DNA of 64,000 nucleotides from an uncultured Acidobacteriota bacterium (GTDB lineage Bacteria > Acidobacteriota > Thermoanaerobaculia > Multivoradales > UBA5704): assembly GCA_963770895.1 (NCBI GenBank), contig CAVYRF010000002.1, forward strand, positions 3,168,001 to 3,232,000, written 5' to 3'. This document shows, one piece after another, positions 45,207 to 55,212 of this stretch. Position 1 is the first letter of the stretch. Each line of letters opens with the position of its first letter. The notes under the pieces are model-generated. The model was not told the origin of the DNA. It made no database searches and saw only the letters and a program-made list of their open reading frames with translations. The translations under genes and the position numbers were made by a program.

Positions 45207-45350
45207 TCGTCACCTCTTCCCCCTTAGATGGGTGTGCCTCCGCGGCGGTTCCGCCGCTGCCCCGCGGATTGGCGGATACCACTACGTGCCGTTGCCAAAG
45301 ACAGACGACGCGCGCCTTCCCCCACCCGCTGCTCTTGAGCATGGCGCGCC

Positions 45351-45378
45351 AGTTTACCTTGGGAGGGATGCTTGTCAA
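45351..45378 (-). promoter_or_regulatory. Sigma70 promoter TTGACA-N16-TAAACT for the TPR-tonB-exbBDD operon
   Basis: Perfect -35 (45378-45373) and 4/6 -10 (45356-45351), unlikely by chance in GC-rich DNA. Confidence 0.7.
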
Positions 45379-45798
45379 GTGGGACGATCCCCTTTCGATC
45401 CAAGGTCGTGGGCCCCTCTGGGCCGAGGCGAATGCAAAGGCCAGGCCGTGGTTCCCGAGCCCATGTCTGCGATGGGGGCCGACCTGGCGGGTAGCCGGTT
45501 CAACGGATTGAACCCAAAGTTGCACGCCGATCCATCACGCCGTAGCGATTTCTGCTCATTGCCCTCCCGGGACCAGACCCTGGATGCTAGTGGAAAACGG
45601 CGCCGTTGCCAACTGCTTTGCGCCCGAGAGGCTGTTTGAGGCACCTTGTAGGGAGAACCGGAGCGTGTCAGACTCCGCCAGCGTCAGTCCTGGAGCTGGA
45701 AGGTATGCGCGCCGGCGTCCAGGCGCACCGCGGGAGCCGCCGCGGCACGCGGGGGCGCCGCGCCCCGCGCCATGGAAATGGAATAGGGAGGTTCCCCT

Positions 45799-47613
45799 TT
45801 GCTGCGAGGCATCTTTCAACCCAAGCCGCTGCGCGCGATCCTGGCCTCGGCCGAAGCTTCCGAATCGTCGCTGAAGCGCACCCTGGGGCCGGTGCAGCTG
45901 ACGCTGCTGGGCATCGGCGCGATCATCGGCGCCGGGATCTTTTCGACCGTCGGCACCGCCGCGGCCGGCGGCGGCGATCACCTGGGAGCCGGCCCCGCCC
46001 TGATCCTTTCGTTCGTGATGACCGCCGTCACCTGCGGCTTCGCGGCGCTGTGCTACGCCGAGTTCGCGTCGATGGTGCCGATCTCGGGCTCCGCTTATAC
46101 CTACGCCTACGCCACCCTGGGCGAGCTGGTCGGCTGGATCATCGGCTGGGACCTGATCATCGAATACGCGGTCGGCAACGTCGCCGTCGCCATCTCGTGG
46201 GCGGGCTACTTCCAGGAGCTGCTGCGCGGTTTCGGCATCCGCTTCCCCGATTGGCTGGCGACCGACTACCGCACCGCCTTCGACGGCGCCCGCCAGCTGG
46301 CCGAGGCGCGCGCCGCCGGCACCGATCCGTCCACCCTGGGCGATACCGTGGCGCAGGGAGCCAACGCCCTGGCCCGGGCGCCGCACCTGTTCGGAGTGCC
46401 GGTGATCTTCAACCTGCCGGCGGTGGCGATCGTCATGCTGGTCACCTGGGTGCTGGTGATCGGCATCCGCGAAAGCGCCTGGTTCAACTCCGCGATGGTG
46501 ACGCTCAAGCTGGTGATCATCGTGTTCTTCGTCGGGCTGGGCGGCGTCTACGTCAAGCCGGCCAACTGGCACCCGTTCGCCCCCAACGGCTTTGCCGGCA
46601 TCTCGGCGGCGGCGGCGATCATCTTCTTCGCCTACATCGGCTTCGACGCCGTATCGACGGCGGCGGAGGAGACGCGCAACCCGCAGCGCGACATGCCGCT
46701 GGCGATCATCGCCAGCCTGGTGGTCTGCACGATCATTTATATAGCCGTCGCGGTGGTGCTCACCGGCATGCTGCCCTGGCGGCAGCTGGGCACCGCCGAG
46801 CCGCTGGCCACCGCTTTTTCGGCGCTGGGGATGAAGTGGCCGGCGCTGTTCATCTCGTTGGGAGCGGTGTTTGCCACCACCTCGGTGCTGGTGGTGTTCC
46901 AGCTCGGCCAGCCGCGGATCTTCTTTTCGATGGCGCGCGACGGCCTGCTGCCGAAGTGGGCGGCGAAGGTCCATCCCAAGCACCGCACCCCTTACGTCAC
47001 CACCTGGCTGAGCGGCATCCTGGTGGCGGTGTTCGCCGGCCTGCTCAACATCAACGAGGTCGTCGAGCTGACCAACATCGGCACGCTGTTCGCGTTCCTG
47101 CTGGTCTGCATCGGCATCGTCATCCTGCGCCACCGCGACCCGGATCGGCCGCGGCCCTTCCGCGTGCCGCTCGGTCCGTGGCTGCTGCCGCTGCTGGGTT
47201 CCGCCTCGTGCATCTTCCTGATGGTCTACCTGCCGCCGTCGTCGTGGTGGCGCTTCATCGGTTGGCTGGTGCTCGGGATGTCGATCTATTTCTCCTACGG
47301 CTACAACCAGAGCGTGGTCGGCCGCGAGATGGGCAGGGCGGACAGGACGCCGCCGGCGCTCAAGGCGGCGGCCATCGGCTTCCTGCTGCTCGCGCTGGCT
47401 CTGTTCACCATCCCGCACGACGCCTCGCTGCCGCGGCTGCTCGCCCTGGCGCTGCCGCCCGCCGGCGCCGCGCCGCCGGCCGATCACCTGCGCTCGCTGC
47501 TCGGCCTGCTGACCGGCGTCTGCGGACTGGTGTTGGCGGCGGCGGGGCTGATCAAGGAATGGCGGCGGGGCGAGGGTACGGCAGCACCCGCCGGTGCCGG
47601 CAGCGGCCGGTGA
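45799..47613 (+). CDS. APC family amino acid permease
   Basis: GIGAIIGAGIF, CYAEFASMVPISGSAY, FFAYIGFD, EETRNP, MARDGLLP. Confidence 0.95.
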   Translation: MLRGIFQPKPLRAILASAEASESSLKRTLGPVQLTLLGIGAIIGAGIFSTVGTAAAGGGDHLGAGPALILSFVMTAVTCGFAALCYAEFASMVPISGSAYTYAYATLGELVGWIIGWDLIIEYAVGNVAVAISWAGYFQELLRGFGIRFPDWLATDYRTAFDGARQLAEARAAGTDPSTLGDTVAQGANALARAPHLFGVPVIFNLPAVAIVMLVTWVLVIGIRESAWFNSAMVTLKLVIIVFFVGLGGVYVKPANWHPFAPNGFAGISAAAAIIFFAYIGFDAVSTAAEETRNPQRDMPLAIIASLVVCTIIYIAVAVVLTGMLPWRQLGTAEPLATAFSALGMKWPALFISLGAVFATTSVLVVFQLGQPRIFFSMARDGLLPKWAAKVHPKHRTPYVTTWLSGILVAVFAGLLNINEVVELTNIGTLFAFLLVCIGIVILRHRDPDRPRPFRVPLGPWLLPLLGSASCIFLMVYLPPSSWWRFIGWLVLGMSIYFSYGYNQSVVGREMGRADRTPPALKAAAIGFLLLALALFTIPHDASLPRLLALALPPAGAAPPADHLRSLLGLLTGVCGLVLAAAGLIKEWRRGEGTAAPAGAGSGR

Positions 47614-47731
47614 GCGCGATGCCCGCGGAGACCCGCCGGGGAGGCTCGGCGGCGCCCGCGGGTCCGCACTCCAGTGCGCGGCGGCTTCGGTGATAGGCTG
47701 ACGCCGCCCCTTCGCTCAGCGGAGCCAGCCC

Positions 47732-49270
47732 ATGAAGCCCGTGTTCGCCACCCTGCTGCTGGTCGGGGCGGCGGTGACGTCGCCCGCCGCCGCGGCGGCA
47801 GCCATGGGCGGTCGCCTGGCCCAGGCGGCCACCACCGCCGCGGCGCCGCAGCCTGACCCTGGTGCCGACGGTTGCGGCGCCGCCGCCGCGGCCCCCTGCG
47901 CGACGCCAAGCCCGGCACCCGGCAGGTCGTCCACGGCACCCGCCGCGCCGGCACCTGCCGCCGGCGACCCGCCCGCTGCTCCTGCCGCGGCCGGTATGGG
48001 CGGTTCGGGTGCTACGGGCGGCGGTGCCGGCGCCTCTGCCGGCGACCGGGTCCGCCCGCCGTCGATGCCGGCGCTGTTCGGCTCGTACGGCCGCAGCCGC
48101 GAATCCTCGGGCACGTCGTGGCAACCCGAATCGGCGCCGCGCGACGCTCTTTTCCGCAGCGACGGCGCCTGGCAGTCGGCGTTTTCCGCCATGGTGTTTG
48201 CGGCGTACGACGACCAGGAGGGGCCGCGCGGCTCCATCCGATGGTTCAGCCGCAACTGGGTCGCCGGCGATGCGGCGCGCGAGCTGGGGCCGGGACGGCT
48301 GGGGCTGCGCACCATGCTGTCGCTGGAACCCTGGACGATCGGCCGCGCCGGCTATCCCCTGGAATTGCAGACCGGCGGCACCGCCAACGGCAGGACGCCG
48401 CTGGTCGATCGGCAGGCGCCCGACGACCTGGTCGAAGAGCTGGCCGCCACCTACAGCCTGGCGATGGCGTCCGAAAGCTCGGTCTTCGTGTATGCCGGTC
48501 TGCCCGGCGAACCGGCGCTTGGGCCGCCGTTTTACATGCAGCGCTTCTCGGCCATGGACAACCCCGAGGCGCCGCTGTCGCATGAATGGATCGATTCGAC
48601 CCACACCTCCTACGGCGTCGCCACCCTGGGCTGGATCATGGGCGAGCTCAAGCTGGAGGGCTCGTCGTTTCACGGCCGGGAGCCGGACGAGCACCACGTG
48701 GATTTCGAGTCGCCCAGCCTGGACTCCTACTCCTTCCGCGCCACCCTGGAGCCCGACCCGGGATTGGCGGTGCAGGCCAGCTACGGCTACCTCACCAGCC
48801 CCGAGCAGCTGCACCCCGACGTCAACGTGGACCGCTGGACGGTCTCGGTGCTGTACAACACGCCGCTGGCGGAGGACGGAAACCTGCAGACCACCTTCGC
48901 CTGGGGCCGCAACCAGCGCCATCCGGGGCGGACCACCGACGCCTACCTGTTCGAGGGGGAGGCCGCGTTCCTCAGCCGCCACACGTTCTTCTATCGCCTG
49001 GAGCAGATCGAGAACGACGAGCTGGTGCCGGACATTTTCGGCGACCTGGTGACGTTGGGCCACGGCGGCCAGCCGCCGGTGGCGCTGGTCACCAAGGTCG
49101 GGGGTGGGTACGTGTACGACCTGCTGGTCGGCGAGTCCTACCGCGTCGGCGCCGGCTTTGACGTCAGCGTCACCCACATCGCGTCGCGCCTGGAGGTCCC
49201 CTACGGCTCCGATTGGGTCCCCGGCTGGATGCTCTTCCTGCGCTGCCGCGTCGGCGGCGCGGGTCACTAG
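47732..49270 (+). CDS. Outer-membrane beta-barrel hypothetical protein
   Basis: Signal peptide, SSGTSWQP, GEPALGPP, NPEAPLSH.W.DSTH, FHGREPDE. Confidence 0.75.
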   Translation: MKPVFATLLLVGAAVTSPAAAAAAMGGRLAQAATTAAAPQPDPGADGCGAAAAAPCATPSPAPGRSSTAPAAPAPAAGDPPAAPAAAGMGGSGATGGGAGASAGDRVRPPSMPALFGSYGRSRESSGTSWQPESAPRDALFRSDGAWQSAFSAMVFAAYDDQEGPRGSIRWFSRNWVAGDAARELGPGRLGLRTMLSLEPWTIGRAGYPLELQTGGTANGRTPLVDRQAPDDLVEELAATYSLAMASESSVFVYAGLPGEPALGPPFYMQRFSAMDNPEAPLSHEWIDSTHTSYGVATLGWIMGELKLEGSSFHGREPDEHHVDFESPSLDSYSFRATLEPDPGLAVQASYGYLTSPEQLHPDVNVDRWTVSVLYNTPLAEDGNLQTTFAWGRNQRHPGRTTDAYLFEGEAAFLSRHTFFYRLEQIENDELVPDIFGDLVTLGHGGQPPVALVTKVGGGYVYDLLVGESYRVGAGFDVSVTHIASRLEVPYGSDWVPGWMLFLRCRVGGAGH

Positions 49271-49297
49271 TTCCGGCTGGTACCTCCCAAATCGGAA

Positions 49298-51118
49298 GTG
49301 GAAAAGCCGGCCGCCGGCGCGGCCCCGCGGGCCGGTGGCAGGCGGATTGCTACTGGCAGGCCCATGATCGATCGGGTGGGACCCACGGAGAAGCCAGGCA
49401 AGCCGCACCCTCGCCATGCCAACAGGGCGCATGCGGCGCAAGCGACGGACGCTCCGGCCGGGGCGGCAGCGCCGGACAAGGCCGGGCCGAAGCGCCGGAA
49501 GGATGCCGCGGCGAAGCGGCGCCGCTGGACGCCGCGGGGCCGGCGGCGCCTGCTGGTGTGGCTGGGGGTGGCGCTGGTCGCCGCGGCGCTCGCCGTGGTC
49601 ACCTTCGGCTTGAGCGCGCTGGACGGTCCCTTGCGCACTCAGCTGGAGCGCAGGATGAACCAGAACCTGCACGGCTACCGGGTGTCCCTGGGACACGCGC
49701 ACGCCGCGCTGTTCGGCCTGCGGCTCAACCTGAACGACCTGGTGGTGCGGCAGGAGGCCAATCCCGAGCCGCCGGTTGCCGACCTGCCGCGCCTGCACCT
49801 GAGCGTCCAGTGGCTGTCGCTGCTGAGCTTCCACCTGGTCGGCGACGCCTTTTTTGACCGCCCGCGCATCCACGCCAACCTGCCGCAGCTCTCCAGCGAG
49901 GCGCACGACCGCATGAGCCCCAGGCAGCGCGGCTGGCAGCAGGCGCTGGAATCGATCTTCCCGCTCAAGTTCAACAGCTTCCGCGTCCGCGACGGCGCCA
50001 TCGTCTACGTGGACGAAGACGCGCAGCACCCGCTCGAGATCACCCATTGGGACCTCGAGGCCAACAACATCCGCAACATCGACTCGCGCGACCGCACCTA
50101 TCCGTCGCCGTTCCATTCCGAGGGCAAGATCTTCGACACCGGCGGCTTCATCATCGCCGGCAACGCCGACTTCCTGGCCGTCCCCTTCCCGGGCGTGCGC
50201 GGGACCTACAAGCTGGTCAGCGTGCCGCTCGACCGGCTGGCGCCGATCGGCGCGCGCACCAACCTGGAGATTCACGGCGGCCGCATCAGCACCAACGGCG
50301 AGGTGGAATATTCGCCGCGCTACCGCTCGGTGCACGTCGTCGACGTGCGCCTGGACGCGGTGCACGTCGACTACGTGCACAGCAGCGCCACGGCCCAGGC
50401 CGAAAAGCGGCGGGGCGAAGAGGTCGCGGCGGCCGCCAAAGCCGCCGCCAGCTCGCCGGTGCGCATCGCCATCGACCAGATCCACATCGTCGACGGCAAC
50501 GTCGGCTTCGTCAACCACGCCACCAACCCCTCGTATCGCGTCTTCGTCGACCAGGCCAGCCTGGTGGTCCAGAACCTGGACAACCGCCAGGCGCAGAGCG
50601 GCGCTCCGTCCGCGGCCCACCTGCGCGGGCGCTTCATGGGCACCGGCAGCGGCAAGGTGGACGCCACCTTCCGCCCGCAGTCGCCCACCGAAGACTTTGC
50701 CGCCGAGGTTGCGCTGGAGGACGCCCAGCTGACGGCGGTGAACGACGTGCTGCGCGCCTACCACATGGTGGACGTCGCCGCGGGCACCCTCTCCCTCTAC
50801 TCCCAGGTCACGGTCAAGGGCGGCAAGGTCCAGGGCTACGTCAAGCCGCTGCTGCGCGACGTGCGGGTCTACGATCCGCAGAAAGACCGCGCCAAGCCCC
50901 TGGGCACCAAGATCAAGGAGAAGGTCATGAACGTCGCCGCCAAGGTGCTGAAGAACCGCGACACCGGCGTCGTCGGCACCCGCGCCGAGCTCTCCGGCCC
51001 CGTCAACGCGCCGCACACCAGCTTGAGCCAGATCCTGGTCGGCCTGCTGCACAACGCCTTCGTCAACGCCCTGCTGCCCGGCTTCGACCAGGCCACCCGG
51101 CAGAAACACGCCGGCTAG
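49298..51118 (+). CDS. DUF748/AsmA-like protein
   Basis: N-terminal TM, repeated beta-taco-like pattern, GYVKPLL, LLHNAFVNAL. Confidence 0.82.
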   Translation: MEKPAAGAAPRAGGRRIATGRPMIDRVGPTEKPGKPHPRHANRAHAAQATDAPAGAAAPDKAGPKRRKDAAAKRRRWTPRGRRRLLVWLGVALVAAALAVVTFGLSALDGPLRTQLERRMNQNLHGYRVSLGHAHAALFGLRLNLNDLVVRQEANPEPPVADLPRLHLSVQWLSLLSFHLVGDAFFDRPRIHANLPQLSSEAHDRMSPRQRGWQQALESIFPLKFNSFRVRDGAIVYVDEDAQHPLEITHWDLEANNIRNIDSRDRTYPSPFHSEGKIFDTGGFIIAGNADFLAVPFPGVRGTYKLVSVPLDRLAPIGARTNLEIHGGRISTNGEVEYSPRYRSVHVVDVRLDAVHVDYVHSSATAQAEKRRGEEVAAAAKAAASSPVRIAIDQIHIVDGNVGFVNHATNPSYRVFVDQASLVVQNLDNRQAQSGAPSAAHLRGRFMGTGSGKVDATFRPQSPTEDFAAEVALEDAQLTAVNDVLRAYHMVDVAAGTLSLYSQVTVKGGKVQGYVKPLLRDVRVYDPQKDRAKPLGTKIKEKVMNVAAKVLKNRDTGVVGTRAELSGPVNAPHTSLSQILVGLLHNAFVNALLPGFDQATRQKHAG

Positions 51119-51196
51119 CCGGCAGCCAACGGCTCGGCGGGCCAAGGGCGGCGCCGGGCCGCGATCCGGGCGCCGCGGACGGGACCTGGGTCGCGA

Positions 51197-53068
51197 TCAG
51201 GGCGCTGCGGGCGCCGGCGGCTGGCGCGGCGCCAGGGGCAGGATGCGGCCTTCGTTGCCGGCGGGTTGCAGGATGCCCAGGATGTCGGCCAGGGTGGGCG
51301 CCAGGTCCAGGGTGGAGACGCGGGCGGAGATGCGGGCCGGGTGGATGCCGGAGCCGGCGAGCAGCAGCGGGACCTGGGTGTCGTAGGAGTAGGGGGAGCC
51401 GTGGGTGGTGCCCCGGCCCTTGCCGGGCATCCAGAAGGGATCGGTGATCAGCACCACGTCGCCGCTCACGGCGGGGTGAAAGCTGCGCTCGATGCGGGCG
51501 CCGACGTCGGTACGGGGCAGGCGGCCTTCCAGGATGCGGGTGCGGGTGTAGGCGGCATAGATGCCGGGCACCGCGGCGAGCGCGGTGGCGGCGACGTCCT
51601 CGGCCTGGGCGTGCTGGATCTTGTGGGCATCCAGGGCGGCCAGGTTGAGGTAGAAGTTGGATTCGACCAGGGCGGTCACCCAGTCGCCGGGACCGTAGGC
51701 GGCCTCCAGGGCGTGCGCCGCGGCGGTGCGCAGGGCTGCCTCGTCGATCAGGCCGGCAGGCATGTGGGCGTCGCGCAGCGCCCCGGGCAGCGGCGATACG
51801 CCGTGGTCGGCGCTTAGCGCGATGACCACGCGGTCCAGGCCGCCGGGCACGGTGCGGGCCAGAAAGTCGAAGAACTCAGCCAGCTGGCCGTCGGTGCGGA
51901 CCGCGGCGTCCAGCACCTCGGGGCTGTCGGGACCGTAGGCGTGGCCGATGTAGTCGTTGCTCGACAGGTTGATGGCCAGCAGGTCGGGGACGTCGTCGCG
52001 GCCCAGTTGCTCGTGCTCGATCAGATCGCGCGCCGTGCGCAGGACAAATTCGTTGCCGAACGGCGTGGTGGTGAAGGCGCCGTAAAACGCCTTTCCCGCC
52101 TTGGCCGCGCCGCCGTCGATGCGATGCGGGAAGTGGGTGCCCAGGTGATGGGGATCGCTGGCATGGGCGCCGTCGGAAGTCCACGCCCGCGCCAGGGCCT
52201 GGGGCGGCACCGAGGGCAGCCACTGCTTGCCGAACCAGGCGTCGATGCGGTGTTCGGCGTTGACCGCGGCGACCCACGCCGGCAGCGTGCCGTCGGGCCG
52301 GTAGAAGCGGCTGCTGATCCAGGCGCCGCTGTCTTCGTCCAGCCACAGCACGCCGTCCGCCAGGTGGCCCGCCATCAGCACCGCGGCGCGGTCCTTGAAG
52401 GCCAGCCCCCACACCTTGGCCCGCCCGCCGGTCGCCATCTTCAGCTCGTCGCCCACGGTGCTGACCAGGAGCGTCGCCGGCGACACGCCGGTGCGCTCGT
52501 CCGCTTTACCGGCCGCCGCCATGCCGCCACCGCCCGCCATGGCACTGCCCGGCGCGGGGCCGGCGGCCGTGCCGCCGCCCGGCGTGGCGCCGGCGCTTCC
52601 ACCGGGGGCCGCGCCGGGAAGCCCCACCAGCGGGCTCGCCGCGTCCTCGACGCAGTAGCGGGTCCGGCCCAGCGCGCGGTCGTACCACTCATTGCCGACG
52701 ATCCCCGACTTGTAGGGCGGCGCCCCGGTCAGCAGGATGGAGTGGCCGGGCCCGGTGTACAGCGGGAAGTGATCGTGGTGGGCGTCCGCAAACCAGGCGC
52801 CGCGTTCCATCAGGTAGCGGAACCCCCCCGGCTGGGCGTCCGTCCCCGCCGGCCGGTACAGATCGCCAAACCGCGTCAGGTAGTCGCCGCGGAACTGATC
52901 GATCGAAATCAGCACCACCAACCGCGGCCGCTCGCCCAATCCGCCGCCCGCGCCACCGCCTCCGGTGTCCCGTCCCAGCAGGGGCATCCCCAGCAGCGCC
53001 AGGCAGCCGACGATCACCGCCAGTGCCGCCATCCGCAACGCTTCCGACCGCCGCACCAACCTCTGCAT
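51197..53068 (-). CDS. Alkaline phosphatase superfamily (PafA/NPP-like) phosphatase
   Basis: ISIDQFRGDYL, YTGPGH (Thr nucleophile), GIVGNEWYDR, KDRAA, DYIGHAYGP, SADHG, HGSPYSYD. Confidence 0.9.
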   Translation of the reverse strand: MQRLVRRSEALRMAALAVIVGCLALLGMPLLGRDTGGGGAGGGLGERPRLVVLISIDQFRGDYLTRFGDLYRPAGTDAQPGGFRYLMERGAWFADAHHDHFPLYTGPGHSILLTGAPPYKSGIVGNEWYDRALGRTRYCVEDAASPLVGLPGAAPGGSAGATPGGGTAAGPAPGSAMAGGGGMAAAGKADERTGVSPATLLVSTVGDELKMATGGRAKVWGLAFKDRAAVLMAGHLADGVLWLDEDSGAWISSRFYRPDGTLPAWVAAVNAEHRIDAWFGKQWLPSVPPQALARAWTSDGAHASDPHHLGTHFPHRIDGGAAKAGKAFYGAFTTTPFGNEFVLRTARDLIEHEQLGRDDVPDLLAINLSSNDYIGHAYGPDSPEVLDAAVRTDGQLAEFFDFLARTVPGGLDRVVIALSADHGVSPLPGALRDAHMPAGLIDEAALRTAAAHALEAAYGPGDWVTALVESNFYLNLAALDAHKIQHAQAEDVAATALAAVPGIYAAYTRTRILEGRLPRTDVGARIERSFHPAVSGDVVLITDPFWMPGKGRGTTHGSPYSYDTQVPLLLAGSGIHPARISARVSTLDLAPTLADILGILQPAGNEGRILPLAPRQPPAPAAP

Positions 53069-53144
53069 GCCGCTTCCCTCCAGCCGCTGCCGCCATACCC
53101 GCGGTGCCGGAAAGCCTACCACCCTGGTTGCCTGGGTTGGGGGG

Positions 53145-53837
53145 CTAGCCGGCGGGGGCGCCGGGGAGGGTTTTGCCGCGCACGGTGAGCAGGAAGTCGT
53201 CCAGGGTTTTGCCGGGTTCGGGCGCGAAGGTGTCTGCGGTGATCTCCAGGTCGGCGATGCGGTCCAGACGGAAGCTGCGGAAGTCGTTGCGGGTTTCGCA
53301 CCAGGCGACCTGGGTCCAGACGGCTCCCCAGTAGAAGAGGCCGAGCGGCCGCACGGTGCGCTGGGAGGGGGCGCCGTCCTGGCGCTGGTAGCGGAAGCGG
53401 GTCTTGCGCCGTTCCAGGGTGGCGCGGCGCAGCAGGCCGACCAGGCGGACCGGGTAGGGGTGCAGCTGCGGCGCGAAGAGCGCTTCGCCGGGATCGTCCA
53501 GCTCGGCGGGAAGGACGGCTTCGATCTTGCGCAGCGCGTTGCCGGCGGCCTGCGACAGGTCGGGATCGGCCCAGGAGCGGACCATCCGGGCGCCCAGGCG
53601 CAGGGCCTGCAGCTCTTCACGGTCGAACATCAGCGGTGGCAGCTCGAAGCCGCGGCGCATGCGGTAGCCGACGCCCGCGGCGCTCTCGATGGGCAGGCCG
53701 CAGGCGGAAAGCTCCTGCACGTCGCGGTAGATGGTGCGCTCCGACACCTCCAGCGCCTGCGCCATGTCCCGAGCGGTCGAGACGCGGCGCCGGCGCAGAT
53801 ACAGGACGATCTGAAACAGCCGGTCCGCCCGCCGCAT
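53145..53837 (-). CDS. YafY-family HTH-WYL transcriptional regulator
   Basis: RADRLFQI, EVSERTIYRD, LPPLMF, RTVRPLGL, AWCETRNDFRSFRLDRI. Confidence 0.94.
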   Translation of the reverse strand: MRRADRLFQIVLYLRRRRVSTARDMAQALEVSERTIYRDVQELSACGLPIESAAGVGYRMRRGFELPPLMFDREELQALRLGARMVRSWADPDLSQAAGNALRKIEAVLPAELDDPGEALFAPQLHPYPVRLVGLLRRATLERRKTRFRYQRQDGAPSQRTVRPLGLFYWGAVWTQVAWCETRNDFRSFRLDRIADLEITADTFAPEPGKTLDDFLLTVRGKTLPGAPAG

Positions 53838-53926
53838 GGGGTTAGCTTAGTGCCTGGCGCGGCCGGACTGGTACCAGCCAGGGTCACTACACGCCGCTTT
53901 GCCCATGGGCGGGATGCCGGCATCTC

Positions 53927-54301
53927 CTACTGTGGCGAGTGGAGCCCGACGCGGTTGCCCTCGGGGTCGTCGAAATAGGCGATCGACCCGATCTGGTCCG
54001 ACAGCTTGATCTTGTCGCCGACCAGCTGGCCGCCCGCCGCCGTCACCCGCGCCATCGCTCCGTCCAGGTCGCCGCCGGCATCCAGGTAGACGACGATGCC
54101 CTGGGTGCTGGGCACGTACCGGTCGGCGCGCACCAGGGCGCCGCCGACGCCGCTGCCCTGGGTGTATGGCAGGACCGCCATGTCTACGCCGGCGACCGTG
54201 CCGCGCCGCAGCTCGCCATTGAGCACGGCGCCATAAAAGCGCTCGGCGCGGGACAGGTCGGTCACCGGGATCTCGAACCAGTTGAGGGCATTGTTGGTCA
54301 T
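53927..54301 (-). CDS. VOC (glyoxalase/bleomycin resistance) protein
   Basis: WFEIPVTDLSRAERFY, DPEGNRVGLHS; AGGAG RBS. Confidence 0.93.
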   Translation of the reverse strand: MTNNALNWFEIPVTDLSRAERFYGAVLNGELRRGTVAGVDMAVLPYTQGSGVGGALVRADRYVPSTQGIVVYLDAGGDLDGAMARVTAAGGQLVGDKIKLSDQIGSIAYFDDPEGNRVGLHSPQ

Positions 54302-54369
54302 GATCTTCTCCTTTGGGTTGGCATCGATCGGCGGCAGCGCCGCCCGATGGGAGAGATCCTGACCGGGTG

Positions 54370-54393
54370 CTCCTGACAGCGTCCTGTCAGGAG
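54370..54393. promoter_or_regulatory. 10-4-10 perfect palindrome, likely YafY/WYL operator
   Basis: CTCCTGACAG-cgtc-CTGTCAGGAG upstream of the VOC-yafY unit. Confidence 0.78.
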
Positions 54394-54400
54394 AGTTGGC

Positions 54401-55102
54401 TCAACCGACGATCTGTCGGTAGCAGTGGAGCATCGACGGCAGCGGCTCCTGCCACAGCCAGCCGACGTCGATCCAGAAGCCGGCCATCACCGCCGAGTCC
54501 AGGCGGCCCGCGGTCAGCGTCCGCGTCTGGTAGGCGCTGTCGGCGTCGGCGAGGGCATCGGCGGGGGAGTCGGTGTCGAAGCTGAAGTCGCCCGGGGCGT
54601 CGGAGCTGGTGGGGACGCCAAGCTCGGCAGGGAGGCCCGGCAGGAGTGTATGCACCTGCACCGAGCGGGAGAACGAATCGATCAGCCAGATCTCAGGGAC
54701 CCTTGCCTGCCGATACCGGGGCAGCTTGCGGCGCACGTCCGTGCGCGGGCGGCCGCCGGAGAGCTCGATCACCAGGTCGGCCGGTCCCTCCATGCGCTGC
54801 GGACCCATGAGATGACGGCGGTCCTGCCGCACCCACATCACGTCCGGTTCGGGCGACCACCGCGGGTCGAGGCGCATCGGGTAGCGCCCGCCCACGGCCA
54901 TGCCGCCTCCCCGTTCGCCCACGAACGCTTGCATCAACCCGCTGAGAAGGGCGAGACGCGATTCGTGCCAGAACGAGGCTGGCTCGCTGACCAGGTCCCC
55001 GCCCAGCAGCTGCCAGGGACTGTCTTCGCCGAGCGCGTAGTAGGTCTCTTCCGTGACGTTGCGGATGATGGCTGGTCGTGGTGCTCTTGCTGTCTGACGC
55101 AT
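54401..55102 (-). CDS. Uma2 (DUF820) family endonuclease-like protein
   Basis: EPDVM, PADLVIELS, KLPRY...VPEIWLID. Confidence 0.85.
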   Translation of the reverse strand: MRQTARAPRPAIIRNVTEETYYALGEDSPWQLLGGDLVSEPASFWHESRLALLSGLMQAFVGERGGGMAVGGRYPMRLDPRWSPEPDVMWVRQDRRHLMGPQRMEGPADLVIELSGGRPRTDVRRKLPRYRQARVPEIWLIDSFSRSVQVHTLLPGLPAELGVPTSSDAPGDFSFDTDSPADALADADSAYQTRTLTAGRLDSAVMAGFWIDVGWLWQEPLPSMLHCYRQIVG

Positions 55103-55212
55103 CTTCGCAAAATATCACCGCTCGCCTATGCCCGCCATCCCTATACGCCACCGCGGGGAAGGGCACCGGTGGCGCCTGCTGGGGGGCGGGGCCAGCGGGG
55201 CCAGCCGGGCGG

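Noticed and set aside
54401-55102. Uma2 protein as a defence nuclease or mobile element
   Set aside because: Uma2 genes are commonly scattered as paralogs; no partner gene or terminal repeats seen
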